Shown here piece by piece: positions 8,869-19,054 of a stretch of 64,000 bases of DNA; position 1 is the stretch's first letter, and the number at the start of each line of letters is the position of its first letter. The notes under the pieces are model-generated. The model saw only the letters and a program-made list of their open reading frames with translations. It did no database searches and was not told the DNA's origin. Origin of the DNA: a virus (lineage: Duplodnaviria > Caudoviricetes); IMG/VR virus record IMGVR_UViG_3300027734_003164, positions 128,001-192,000 of that record; one strand, written 5' to 3'. Made by a program: the position numbers and the translations under genes.

Positions 8869-11800
8869 TTAGTTGAATGAAACTTTTAAGTTATATTCAT
8901 CACCTGTAGAATTAGTTGATGCGTTTAGAGCTTTCATGTTGTCAATTTCTGTTTGAGCAGGAAATAATACTTGAGAAAAATTCAGTTTTCTTTCCTTATC
9001 TTTATTTAAATTATAACTACATGTTGAACAAAATTCTTTACTTAAAAAATTATCTTCAAAACTTTTAAATCTTGCGTCAACAAAAGCCTTTGAATCTTTA
9101 TATTTTGCGTAAGGTCCTGTTGGTATTTCTTGACCTGTATTTGTAAATCCTAAATTACCTTTAAGATAATTAAACCAGTCAGTTTTTCTTTCATTGTTTG
9201 AAATTGTATCGACGACTTCATTCAAAAATTTAGTATAGTCATCAATAATTTCTTTACTAAATATCATAAAAAATCTATTTTCTTCAGGACTTATTGCGTC
9301 TGGGTCTGAATCTATGAAGGTATTAAAATCAAACTCATCGTTATAAACTTCATCTTGAGCAGTTGGAATTAGGCTATATGTTTCTAAGTTGTTATTAAAT
9401 CCACTCATTTTAGAACCAATAATTAATAAGTCTCCTTTTAACTCATCCAAAGTATTTGCGTATGTCGTATTAGATGGGTCAACCGCAGAAGTCCCTGTCA
9501 AAGAAAAAACAATTACTTCATTTTTATCGTTAGAATATCCATCAAAAGAATTACACACATAATTTAATTGGTCTAGTAAATCAATTGTTTTAGTTTCATC
9601 AACTTGATTTTTTACAATGTTGTTAGACGCCTCAGTTATTACAGACAAGTAAGTTGTCTGACGACTATCTATCATATCTTTAAGTTTTCTTTTAATTTTT
9701 CTTGTCGATATATTTGTAAAATTTTGAAGAGGTAAACTAGCCAATATCGGACTAGTTTCATTTTCTACATCTTCTTTTGCTTTAGAAAACAACGCATCAA
9801 CTTTATCTTCATACTGACTTTTTCCAAATATTTTTACTAAGTTAGTTTGTGGTTGGTTAATGTTATTAAAATATCCCGTTTGGTATTTTCTATCTTTTGT
9901 AAAAATCAAAATTCCTCCAATCAATAACTTATCATTTATATTTTTTAGATTTTGAAAAACACTATTTGCATATTCTTTGGTTATGTCTATAAAATTTTTC
10001 ATATTTTCTTTATATGATAAAACACCTGTAAATCCACTTAATGTTGTATCATATGTAGATGATTCTTGTTTTCCGATTGTAGTTCCAATTTTGTTCTGTT
10101 GGTTCTGCTGTGGTGTTGTCAATGGGTTTATTTTCAAAGCTTCAAAATATTCTGCATCATACTGTGATGTTACATCTTCAGTTATTGTTGCTCTCTCATC
10201 ATACATTTCAGTATTTGCATAATAATTAAATGAAAGTGCATTTTGAAGTTCTCCAATTGGACCTGCTAATCCATGACCTCCTATCATTTTAAACCTTAAT
10301 GTTATGTTTGCAAACATAGGTTGTACTCCAATTCCTTCAGGATTTAAATCTAATGGTATATTACCCCCATTTTCAAACTTAATATTTAAGTCTTCAGGTA
10401 TTATTTTAGTGTGGAAAAAATCACCAATCCTTAATACCAAAACAGGAGGAGCTCCAAATGCACTGTTGAAGGCATCGTTATAATCTAAACTATATGTTCC
10501 TGCCGCATTTTGTGACACAGTTGGAATCGTATCTCCTGGTCTTACACATTGTTGTAAAAAAGTTAATCTTGAGTTTAGACCTTCAGGAGTAATAGAGTGG
10601 AAAACAGGATTAAAATACTGAAACTTACTTCTAATTGTGTCATAAATAAATGGATTTGTCTCTTTAACCATTTGAAAATAATTACACTCTGTTAGTAATC
10701 TTCTTAATATTTTTTTCGCCAAATCTTTATATTGTGGTGTTTGTTTGAAGTTGTCAATTACTTGGTTTTGTGGTGTTGGTTTTGGAGCTGTACTTTCAGC
10801 GGCTGTAGGGTTTGGAGCAGCAGCCTCTACTTGTGCGGGAGGTGTTTCTGACTTTGCGGGCGGCCCTGGTTTATATACAATTTTTTCAATTTTTACTCTT
10901 CTACACGCCATTGCTTGTACAGAATAAATTCCTTCTTCGTATTGTGATTTAAAAGGTTTGGTACAATCAATTTGTGAATATTTAGGGTCTTGAATTGCGG
11001 CACTTGACCCTGTTGCCTTTTTAATAATTTTTAATTTTCCTGAATCTATAAATGATTTTAAAGTTTTATTATTTACTGTAAACTTTTCTATAAACTTTAA
11101 AACCGAATCGTTTCTTCTTTCAGATAAATTTTGATTACCACTAGTGTTTGTTGAGCTGGCAGTCGCTAATAAGTCAAAAGTAACTTCTCCTCCTGAGTCT
11201 AAAACTTTAAATACTTCACTTAAAAACTCTTTTAAATCATTAAACTCTTGTAATATATTATCAAAAAATCCACTAAGGGTTTGTTTTCTTGTGTCAACAT
11301 ATTCGGTTAATGAAAAAGTAGGGGTTGTTGTTGTGTTAAGGGCCACTTTATTTGCGTCACTATATTTGAAAACTTTATTAAGTGGTTTTGTTGTATCATA
11401 CAATGTTTTATTTGACGCATATTCATTATACCAATATTCAAAATCTTTAGTTGTTGTTGGGCCACTTGAATCGTTAGGTTGAGCATTTTCAAAAAACAAA
11501 AATATTTCTTGAAACTTGGGGTCTGAAATTTTTGTTTCAGTTTCTGGTGGTGTTGTTTTTACAATTTCTTGTTTTACAGGTTCGGGGTCAGGTGTTTCGT
11601 TTACAATAGTTGTTGCTTGTTCAGGATATTTTATTAATTGAATTGCGGTTTGAATATCTTGTGGAGCTAAAGATGCAAATCTTTGACCCAATGTATAAAT
11701 GTCATATTTTAAACACCCAGCAAAAAATGAATCCATAACTTTTTTTAATTCTGACTCAGGTTTTATATCTTTTAATTCTTGGTCCACTAAAATGTTTGAG

Positions 11801-14800
11801 ATGGAAGGGTGGTCAACAACAATATCAAAAGATATTTGTCCAGTTCTATCAGTATTATTATATGTGTATATTGGTTCAGGTCTACCTATAAAATTTGTTG
11901 GTTCAAATTTTGGTGATGAAGATTCATCAAAACTCAAATTATATGGAGGAAACCACATAATTCTACCTCCATTGGGTCCTCTTTCACAAGCCGGTAAATC
12001 TTGTACGGTAAATCCAGGTTTGTTTGATGTTCTCCAAGCCAAATTTTCTAACGAAAGCATATATTTTTTAACCTGACCATTAATAATATTTGACGATTGT
12101 CCGTTTTTATCATTGAACGGTGTGATATTAAGGTTATATGTATTATCTAAAACTGAATAGGTATAATTTCTTATATTACCATCCGTTTTTTGTAGTTGTG
12201 AATAATTTGTAAAAGGAACATCTTTTGTAAATAATCTACAATATTCATATCCTTTTATTGTACTGTCTGTACTACCTACTGAGTTTTTTGAAGTATATCT
12301 AATAACTCGAGAACCTTTTGTCATTTCAACATATCCATCATTAAAAACTTTAGATATTTGATTTATCGCAGTACCAACGTGTTCTAATTTTTTAATTCCT
12401 GACCTGTCTGCAGAATCAACAATTTTTTGAGTTGTGTCTAAAATTGAACCGTCTCTCCATACATTGTTTTCTTCTATTTTCCAAGACTCAGTATCTTTGA
12501 ACGCCGACTCATAATTTTTTGTAAATACACTACTTTCACCAAATCTTTGTTTTCCTTCAGGACCTGCCAATTGTCCCGTTTTAAAATATGATTTTTTAGA
12601 AGACCATGTAAATCCACCCGCTAAAGGTGTCGTACCATCTATATAATTTCTAGAATTAAGTCCAAATTTATAATTTTGAAAAGATTCACCTTCAAAATAC
12701 TTTCCTATTTCACCCACTGAGTAAACAGGTGCGCCACTAGGTTCTCCGTTTTTATCTAAAGGTTGAGCATTAACTGGAGAAATTAAAGTAGAAAATATAT
12801 CATCAGAATTACCTCCACCATAAAAATTTGGTTTAGGTGCAAATAACGAAGGTCTTCTTAACGTAAGTCCTCTATAGTCGGGTCTAAAATTATTATAAAA
12901 TAATTGACCAAATAATAAACTTCTTGTTGCGTTAGATGTGTTGGCTAAAAAAAGTTCAGACCCTCTTTTGTTTTTTTGACCTGTTATTGTTCTAATTGCT
13001 CCCATAACAGTACTTGTCACAACTTCAACAGGGTTTTCAACAAGTCTATTTAACATACGTTTATTTGGGTAGTCAAAATATTCTCCAACTATAATGGAAT
13101 ACGGTGAATATAATCCTGCTATTTTAGCTGTAAAATTCAACGCTCTTCCAACTAATGATTCAGGTGATGTAATTGTATAATTTCTAGCTAATAACGGAAT
13201 ATTTCCTGATATTATTCCTGCTGCGTCAAATGGGTTAAGGTTTGGTTTTACTGATATTTCACCACTATCGGGGTCAACCGATGAGTCAAGAGCATTAACT
13301 CTACCTAAAGTTTGAGACAACAACTCACTTGCAATTCTATACTTATATTCTTTTTTTAATTGTCTTGCACCAATTCCCGCTAATGCGGAATCCTGTGACA
13401 AAGTACCATCAGAACCTCTTGGGTTGTCGCTTAATAATATATTAATAGGTCTATAGGTCGAAGGTATAAAATTTAAAGGTGTTAATGAATATGCATATGC
13501 ACTTCCATAACTTGTTGGTATAATTTCATCAATTGTTATTACATCATAGTCCCCATCGCCTGTTACATATTTATTTCTAACATATGCCTCTTGTTCTTTT
13601 TGAAATCCAATAACTTCTAATCCACTACCTTTAGTATCGGGAAAACCATATTCACCTTCATTTGACAATTTACCCAAATTTTTATTTATATCAACTGAAT
13701 CTGTTGGTTGATTTTCAGGGTTATATTGATTTACACTAAATAAAAAAGGTCTTTCATTTTCACCTTTAATTTCTAATTCACTGTCTAGTGTATCAGGAAA
13801 ACCATAGTTACCTTCGTTAGAGTTTGTTTGTAAATTTAAATTTGGAACTACGGTAGATTGTGATTGTCCTTGTTCTGGCCCATATTGATTTATAGCAAAT
13901 AATATGGGTCTATCGGTTTCACCTTTAATTTCTAACTGACTATTTTCTGTATCAGGAAAACCATATTCACCTTCATTAGGGTTTGATTGCAAATTTTGAT
14001 TAATCTCTACCGTTGTGTTTGGTAAATTTTGAGGACCATATTGATTTATAGCGAATAATATGGGCCTATCGGTTTCACCTTTAATTTCTAATTCGCTATT
14101 TTCCGTATCAGGAAATCCATATTCCCCTTCATTAGGGTTTGTTTGGTTGTTAGTGAATGGAAAAATAATTTGATTATTTACGGTTTGGGGTCCGTACTGA
14201 TTTATAGGATAAAGAATATTTCTAAGTTGAATCCCCGTGGTAAATAAATCACTCCCTATCGCGTCATCGTATGAGTACTCGCCTTCATTTGCACCCAAAG
14301 ATAATATATTATTAATTGTATATCTTGTTGTTCCATACCCCGGAGCAGACTCATTAGGGGCGTATTTATTTAAAACTCTTAAAATAACTTCCCTATCATT
14401 ACCGTTTGTTTCTAATCTATTATTTACGGTGTCAGAAATATTGTATTCTCCCGACCCTATAGTTTGAATTACTTGATTATTTTGAATTTGATAAACAGGT
14501 TGGCCAAAACCACGGTTAAGTGTATTTTTATAAACATTTAAAACTTTTAAGATAATTTCTTGTTGGTTTCCAATACTATTTAGATAACTATTAAATGTGT
14601 CTGATATTGAATATTCACCATTACCTCTTGTAATTAAAGGTATTAAATTATTTATACTATAAACTGGAAACCCAAAATCGTTTCCATTATTTTTGTATGC
14701 ATTTTTAACTTTAGATAAAATCTCTTGTTGGTTTCCAATGCTATTTAAAAAACTATTTATCGTGTCAGAGATACTATACTCACCTTCTCCTCTTGATAGA

Positions 14801-15411
14801 ATTGTTTGATTGTTATTAATATACCATACAGTATCACCAAAACCACGGTCATTTGTGTTAAGTGGTTTATATAAGTTTGTAACAATTAATTCTTTTTCTT
14901 TTGTATCACCAATTTTTTCTAAATCACTTCCAACAGTTAAAGGGTAACCATATTTACCTTTATTTGTTTCTGTTTGTAAATTTTTGTTAATATCTATGGT
15001 ATTACCGTATGATGTTTCAAATTCTGTTGGTCCGTAAATGTTATTAACATATAATAATTTTTCTTGTCCATCTCCAATTTTTTCTAACTTAGAATTGATT
15101 GAGTTTTTAAAACCATATAAACCAAAATTAGTTTCAACATTAAGGTTAATGTTAATATTGACCATATCTCCATAGGTGGAGTTACTATTATCAGGTCCAT
15201 ATTTATTTTGTTTATATAAATCTTTTTCCTGTATATCACCAATTTTAGAAATTTCTTCAGAGTCTTTTACAGAATAATCTACAATTTGAAATTCTTTGTT
15301 TTGGAAAGATTCGCCAAAAGATGTACCGTCAACACGATATGGTTTAAGATTTCGTGTTAATAATCTTTTTCTAAAGTTTTCAGAAGAGTTAAATGAAAGT
15401 GGACTATCCAT
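8869..15411 (-). CDS. Giant baseplate / tail-tube initiator-like protein (two gp48/gp54-like domains, OmpA-like domain, N-terminal repeats), 2180 aa
   Basis: MWFPPYNLSFDE...FIGRPEPIYTYNNT.R...SF.I and FNPVFHS...PPVLVLRIGDFF...I.PE.L.I domains; NLSERRNDSV...RRVKI OmpA-like motif; directly after tape measure. Confidence 0.65.
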   Translation of the reverse strand: MDSPLSFNSSENFRKRLLTRNLKPYRVDGTSFGESFQNKEFQIVDYSVKDSEEISKIGDIQEKDLYKQNKYGPDNSNSTYGDMVNININLNVETNFGLYGFKNSINSKLEKIGDGQEKLLYVNNIYGPTEFETSYGNTIDINKNLQTETNKGKYGYPLTVGSDLEKIGDTKEKELIVTNLYKPLNTNDRGFGDTVWYINNNQTILSRGEGEYSISDTINSFLNSIGNQQEILSKVKNAYKNNGNDFGFPVYSINNLIPLITRGNGEYSISDTFNSYLNSIGNQQEIILKVLNVYKNTLNRGFGQPVYQIQNNQVIQTIGSGEYNISDTVNNRLETNGNDREVILRVLNKYAPNESAPGYGTTRYTINNILSLGANEGEYSYDDAIGSDLFTTGIQLRNILYPINQYGPQTVNNQIIFPFTNNQTNPNEGEYGFPDTENSELEIKGETDRPILFAINQYGPQNLPNTTVEINQNLQSNPNEGEYGFPDTENSQLEIKGETDRPILFAINQYGPEQGQSQSTVVPNLNLQTNSNEGNYGFPDTLDSELEIKGENERPFLFSVNQYNPENQPTDSVDINKNLGKLSNEGEYGFPDTKGSGLEVIGFQKEQEAYVRNKYVTGDGDYDVITIDEIIPTSYGSAYAYSLTPLNFIPSTYRPINILLSDNPRGSDGTLSQDSALAGIGARQLKKEYKYRIASELLSQTLGRVNALDSSVDPDSGEISVKPNLNPFDAAGIISGNIPLLARNYTITSPESLVGRALNFTAKIAGLYSPYSIIVGEYFDYPNKRMLNRLVENPVEVVTSTVMGAIRTITGQKNKRGSELFLANTSNATRSLLFGQLFYNNFRPDYRGLTLRRPSLFAPKPNFYGGGNSDDIFSTLISPVNAQPLDKNGEPSGAPVYSVGEIGKYFEGESFQNYKFGLNSRNYIDGTTPLAGGFTWSSKKSYFKTGQLAGPEGKQRFGESSVFTKNYESAFKDTESWKIEENNVWRDGSILDTTQKIVDSADRSGIKKLEHVGTAINQISKVFNDGYVEMTKGSRVIRYTSKNSVGSTDSTIKGYEYCRLFTKDVPFTNYSQLQKTDGNIRNYTYSVLDNTYNLNITPFNDKNGQSSNIINGQVKKYMLSLENLAWRTSNKPGFTVQDLPACERGPNGGRIMWFPPYNLSFDESSSPKFEPTNFIGRPEPIYTYNNTDRTGQISFDIVVDHPSISNILVDQELKDIKPESELKKVMDSFFAGCLKYDIYTLGQRFASLAPQDIQTAIQLIKYPEQATTIVNETPDPEPVKQEIVKTTPPETETKISDPKFQEIFLFFENAQPNDSSGPTTTKDFEYWYNEYASNKTLYDTTKPLNKVFKYSDANKVALNTTTTPTFSLTEYVDTRKQTLSGFFDNILQEFNDLKEFLSEVFKVLDSGGEVTFDLLATASSTNTSGNQNLSERRNDSVLKFIEKFTVNNKTLKSFIDSGKLKIIKKATGSSAAIQDPKYSQIDCTKPFKSQYEEGIYSVQAMACRRVKIEKIVYKPGPPAKSETPPAQVEAAAPNPTAAESTAPKPTPQNQVIDNFKQTPQYKDLAKKILRRLLTECNYFQMVKETNPFIYDTIRSKFQYFNPVFHSITPEGLNSRLTFLQQCVRPGDTIPTVSQNAAGTYSLDYNDAFNSAFGAPPVLVLRIGDFFHTKIIPEDLNIKFENGGNIPLDLNPEGIGVQPMFANITLRFKMIGGHGLAGPIGELQNALSFNYYANTEMYDERATITEDVTSQYDAEYFEALKINPLTTPQQNQQNKIGTTIGKQESSTYDTTLSGFTGVLSYKENMKNFIDITKEYANSVFQNLKNINDKLLIGGILIFTKDRKYQTGYFNNINQPQTNLVKIFGKSQYEDKVDALFSKAKEDVENETSPILASLPLQNFTNISTRKIKRKLKDMIDSRQTTYLSVITEASNNIVKNQVDETKTIDLLDQLNYVCNSFDGYSNDKNEVIVFSLTGTSAVDPSNTTYANTLDELKGDLLIIGSKMSGFNNNLETYSLIPTAQDEVYNDEFDFNTFIDSDPDAISPEENRFFMIFSKEIIDDYTKFLNEVVDTISNNERKTDWFNYLKGNLGFTNTGQEIPTGPYAKYKDSKAFVDARFKSFEDNFLSKEFCSTCSYNLNKDKERKLNFSQVLFPAQTEIDNMKALNASTNSTGDEYNLKVSFN
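13565..15280 (-). repeat. About 10-11 imperfect 52-56-aa repeats (G.Y...D...S.L...G.......N.Y(G)P)
   Basis: Visible in the translation; two adjacent copies are near-identical DNA at a 156-bp period (13881 vs 14037). Confidence 0.85.
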
Positions 15412-15425
15412 TTATTTGTTTATTT

Positions 15426-15433
15426 TATAAATA
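15426..15433 (-). promoter_or_regulatory. Putative late promoter TATTTATA
   Basis: Recurrent motif, 14 nt upstream of the ATG at 15411. Confidence 0.7.
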
Positions 15434-15448
15434 GACATAGCTTAATTT

Positions 15449-17521
15449 TTATCCTCTTTTTTGAGTAATAAATGCATTTGATAATTTATCTGAATATTCA
15501 GCACTTAATCTAGTATTGACTGTGGACATAATCGTATCTTTCAATTGAGCGGTATTCAAAACTTCGTTTATTAGATTTTGTGGTATATTTGTGTTAATGT
15601 TCAAAGTAAGTTCAGTTTTACCTCCGATTTCTACTTTTTGAATTATTTCTGTTTTAGTTGGTGAAAATGAAGAAGACTTTGTTAATAAGTCGACTAAATT
15701 TTGTGATGGTTGAGCGGCTGCGTTTTTATATAATAAAGATAAATCTCCTCCCGATTTGGGACCACCAATTGATTTAAAATTGTTTTGAGATTCATTATAT
15801 TTGTTAATAGGACCTCCAATTGATTTTAAAATATTTTCAGATTCATTATATTTGTTAAAAAAATCTCCTATTCCAGGAGAAAGTAATAAATCATCTTTTG
15901 TGTCGCCCAAAAATTGCCCAAAAGAGCCCGAAACCATTTTTCCTCCACCTGCAGGTACAAATGCATCAGATTGTTGAGGTACTGGGGTTGCCGAAGCGGT
16001 GGTTGCTGTGAAACCACCAAGAGATGTATAAACATTCTCTAAGGATGTTGCTGCATATCCCGCTAGTGCCACTGATATAGTTAAAACATTATTTGTAAGA
16101 GTTTTAAGTCCGGTATAAAAATTAGTAAGTTCGGTTGTTACAGTTCCTATCTCTGTAGTTATTTTATTTTTTAAATCAGTAAAAGTCGATTCAGTACCTG
16201 TTCCAGGTAATCCTGTTTGATTTTTCAATGCGGTTAAAACTGTATTACCTAATCCTTGATTTTCTAATGTTTTAATACCTTGTTGTTGAATAGAAATAAG
16301 AGTATTACTCATTTGTGTTTGAATACTTTGAGTTTGTAAAGCAATGTCTTTCATCTCCGTCTGTATTTCAACAGGTGTCTTATTCATATCATCTTGATAT
16401 TTGGCTAAAGCTCCTGCCAATGCATTAGGGTCACTTTTTAATGCCGATTCTAAATCTGCTATATTTCCAAACCCTGGTATATCTAAAGTTACTTTTCCTC
16501 CAGGTCCAATTTCTGCTAAACTCGCAACTAAACTTCTTTGGTCTTCAGTTAACTTTGATAAACCACCAACTCTAGCCCCAATTTCTTGTTCTTTTCTGGC
16601 GTTGATAGCTCCTTTTGCAACTTCTTCATAACTTAAACCTAATATTTTTGCTTGTTGTCTAAGTCTAAGCATTTCTTCACCACCAATTTTAAAATCTCCT
16701 GTAGTTTCATTAAAATCTACCGCAGAAGAGGACGCTTTAATTAATTCGTCCTGAAGTCCTTCAATATCATACATTGCCATACGATATAACTGACCCGGGT
16801 CACCTAACGCACCTATATTACCTCCTAAAGCTTGTAGTTCAGAAGATTTTTTTACCGCATCTTCAAGACCCCCTTCTAAAATATCCTCAGAAACCGCTTG
16901 AGCATTTTTTATATCAAATCCAACCCTTTGAGCTTGAGCGGCCATTTTTGTTAAACCTTCAACACCATTTTTAAACCCGTATATTTGAGCCTTTTGGATA
17001 TTATCAGACACAGTTTTGGTTAATGTTTTAGCATCTAAACCAAAAGCCCTTGCGGTCATTGTGGCTTTGTTTAATACATCTATAGACTTTTTTTGACTGT
17101 TACCATATGCTGTCATTTGACCAATTAACTTAGCAGCTTCTTCAGGAGTTTCCCCAATTACTTTACCTAAAACTAATGCGTTTGTGGCGTTTGCTTGGGT
17201 AAAAGGGACCATCCTTTTCATTTCAGAGGCCATTGATGAAATTAATTTAGACGAGTCGTCAAATGCAAACCCCAACTCAATATTTTCTAAATAAACATCA
17301 GAAATTGTTTTTCTATATATTTCCGCATACTCATAAAGACCAGTGGTTAGTGACTTATTTAAGTCTTTTGCCTTTGCTTCAACCGTTAAAAAATAGTCTT
17401 CAATTCTTTTTACTGAAAACGCCTCTACTGTTGCTTTTTTAATATCGGCTAAATATGAAAATGTACCCTTAGAATCAGTACCAGTTCCAGCAAAAGGGTC
17501 AGTATAACCTAAAAACATCAT
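15449..17521 (-). CDS. Tail tape measure protein (690 aa)
   Basis: Ala/Gln/Lys-rich helical sequence directly downstream of tube and chaperone genes. Confidence 0.8.
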   Translation of the reverse strand: MMFLGYTDPFAGTGTDSKGTFSYLADIKKATVEAFSVKRIEDYFLTVEAKAKDLNKSLTTGLYEYAEIYRKTISDVYLENIELGFAFDDSSKLISSMASEMKRMVPFTQANATNALVLGKVIGETPEEAAKLIGQMTAYGNSQKKSIDVLNKATMTARAFGLDAKTLTKTVSDNIQKAQIYGFKNGVEGLTKMAAQAQRVGFDIKNAQAVSEDILEGGLEDAVKKSSELQALGGNIGALGDPGQLYRMAMYDIEGLQDELIKASSSAVDFNETTGDFKIGGEEMLRLRQQAKILGLSYEEVAKGAINARKEQEIGARVGGLSKLTEDQRSLVASLAEIGPGGKVTLDIPGFGNIADLESALKSDPNALAGALAKYQDDMNKTPVEIQTEMKDIALQTQSIQTQMSNTLISIQQQGIKTLENQGLGNTVLTALKNQTGLPGTGTESTFTDLKNKITTEIGTVTTELTNFYTGLKTLTNNVLTISVALAGYAATSLENVYTSLGGFTATTASATPVPQQSDAFVPAGGGKMVSGSFGQFLGDTKDDLLLSPGIGDFFNKYNESENILKSIGGPINKYNESQNNFKSIGGPKSGGDLSLLYKNAAAQPSQNLVDLLTKSSSFSPTKTEIIQKVEIGGKTELTLNINTNIPQNLINEVLNTAQLKDTIMSTVNTRLSAEYSDKLSNAFITQKRG
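15759..15859 (-). repeat. 51-bp (17-aa) tandem duplication in tape measure C-terminal part
   Basis: NKYNESENILKSIGGPI / NKYNESQNNFKSIGGPK; units start at 15759 and 15810. Confidence 0.85.
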
Positions 17522-17533
17522 ATAGTTTTATTT

Positions 17534-17541
17534 GATAAATA
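17534..17541 (-). promoter_or_regulatory. Putative late promoter variant TATTTATC
   Basis: Motif variant 12 nt upstream of the tape measure ATG. Confidence 0.55.
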
Positions 17542-17703
17542 TTATTCTTGTTGTTTTTTATTTTCTTCAATCAACTTATTAATGAAGAACTTTCTTTCAT
17601 ATGTTGGCATACTCATAATGTCTCGATAAGAAAATCTTGCGAACTTGACCAAATAATATATTTCGTCTAAAAGATGTTTTTGATAATCAGAAGAAAGGGC
17701 GAA
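17542..17703 (-). CDS. Tail chaperone C-terminal extension (T4 gp51-like / lambda T-like), probably reached by +1 frameshift
   Basis: +1-frame ORF overlapping the chaperone 3' end: (F)ALSSDYQKHLLDEIYYLVKFARFSYRDIMSMPTYERKFFINKLIEEN; MP..ER motif typical of gp51-like peptides. Confidence 0.65.
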   Translation of the reverse strand, partial: FALSSDYQKHLLDEIYYLVKFARFSYRDIMSMPTYERKFFINKLIEENKKQQE

Positions 17704-18439
17704 AAAATTCCACCCCAAAAGCAACATCAATAGTCACTTTTTCTCCAGACGGGGTTTGAATTACTTTTTGTAAATCGATTTTTGGTTCACATTTATATGC
17801 AAATCTTCTAAAGTCTTTTGCATCTGATATAGGCATTTGATTAATAAACTTTACAATTTGAAGTGGGTCTTTAGTACCATCAATTTCTACAATTTGTTTT
17901 TCTAATCTTTTGGTTGCAATAGGAACGGTCATGCCGGCCGGATATTGAGAATTAAATTTGTCCAACTCTTTTTGGTCTCCAATCGTCATCAGTCTAAACT
18001 TAACTTCTTTTTTTGATTTTGGTAGTACATATGAGAATAACCCTTCAAAATCAGGTTTTTCTTCAATCGGTTTGTAATCCAACTCATCTAAAAGAACTGT
18101 TGTTTCAAATGTTTTGTTTGTTCTTGGGTCAGTAACTGTGAAGTTATATTCAGGACCAAAAGATGTGTTTCTTAAAAAAATTAAAACTGCTTGAACGTCA
18201 CAATCCAACATATCATTAATGTTAAATCCAGGTTCATATATTTTTTGTCTAAGTAATGAATAAATAATCCCTTCTTTATCGTTATTTTGTGACATCAAAA
18301 TATTTTCATCTTGTGCGGTTAAAAACCCCACTTTAATAGTTTCTTTTTTTGGTTTGTAAAATATACCTTGTGATGGTAATTTTATAACGTCATGTGGCAA
18401 ATTAAAATCCATTTGCCCGTATTTTGCTGATTCGTCCAT
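17687..18439 (-). CDS. Tail assembly chaperone / T4 gp26-like baseplate hub assembly protein (250 aa)
   Basis: LPSQG.FY...MT..DE.IL...LRN.SFG...LPKSKKEV.F...T; lies between tube and tape measure; start moved to MDESAK (A-rich leader) from the ORF-track 18493. Confidence 0.75.
   Translation of the reverse strand: MDESAKYGQMDFNLPHDVIKLPSQGIFYKPKKETIKVGFLTAQDENILMSQNNDKEGIIYSLLRQKIYEPGFNINDMLDCDVQAVLIFLRNTSFGPEYNFTVTDPRTNKTFETTVLLDELDYKPIEEKPDFEGLFSYVLPKSKKEVKFRLMTIGDQKELDKFNSQYPAGMTVPIATKRLEKQIVEIDGTKDPLQIVKFINQMPISDAKDFRRFAYKCEPKIDLQKVIQTPSGEKVTIDVAFGVEFFRPFF
17698..17707 (-). other. Candidate +1 ribosomal frameshift site UUU_UUU_CGC_C
   Basis: GAA TTT TTT CGC CCT TTC TTC TGA; tRNA-Phe could slip from UUU to UUC at the CGC codon into the downstream frame. 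Confidence 0.55.
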
Positions 18440-18480
18440 AGTTTTTATTTTAAAAATATTTTGAATAAAATTATTGTAAA

Positions 18481-18507
18481 TAAAAAATCCCATCTAATGA
18501 CGGGATT
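18481..18507 (-). terminator. Rho-independent terminator after tube gene
   Basis: AATCCCGTC-ATTA-GATGGGATT (one G-U pair) followed by TTTT. Confidence 0.8.
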
Positions 18508-18531
18508 AATTATAATTTTATTTTTAAAATT

Positions 18532-19020
18532 TTAGTAAACTAATATACATCTATCGGGTTGTAATGTCATGTCTACAGTCATAAGGTCTGAGTCACCATA
18601 TCCAACATCATTAAATTTTGCATCCGTTATACTACAATTTTGTAATATCCACTTTTCAACCGCAACTCCTGTTGGGTCTAACATTTCTAAGTTCACATCT
18701 TTTTTGTAACCTGCAGCATAACCCATACGTCCAGTTACTGATTCAGCATGTAAACGAACCCATTCCATTACTGCCTGTGCAGCAGATGGACCAATAGGGT
18801 CTCTTAAAGTTACAGAAATACTTTCCCAATTGAAAAAACCAGCAACATAAGTTTGTGTATTCAAAAATTTAATTTCTTTTGTATCGATTTTAATTGACGG
18901 TCTTGACGCTTTTTCAACATACCATGAATTAATACCCAAACTAGAGTCAAATGTTAGTATAAACCTATTTTTCTTTTTTGGTTCGTACTGAAACGGCATT
19001 CTCATTAATAAATCAGCCAT
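18532..19020 (-). CDS. Tail tube protein (T4 gp19-like)
   Basis: EPKKKNRF...RP.I...W..I..TLRDPI...W...GYKKD..LEMLDP.G...E.W.L; 162 aa. Confidence 0.9.
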   Translation of the reverse strand: MADLLMRMPFQYEPKKKNRFILTFDSSLGINSWYVEKASRPSIKIDTKEIKFLNTQTYVAGFFNWESISVTLRDPIGPSAAQAVMEWVRLHAESVTGRMGYAAGYKKDVNLEMLDPTGVAVEKWILQNCSITDAKFNDVGYGDSDLMTVDMTLQPDRCILVY

Positions 19021-19054
19021 GTTTTCTTATTTTTTAATTTTTATTTTATTTTAC

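Noticed and set aside
13565-15280. Diversity-generating retroelement TR/VR pair
   Set aside because: Near-identical copies are adjacent, in-frame and differ mostly at synonymous positions rather than only at adenines; no reverse transcriptase in the window
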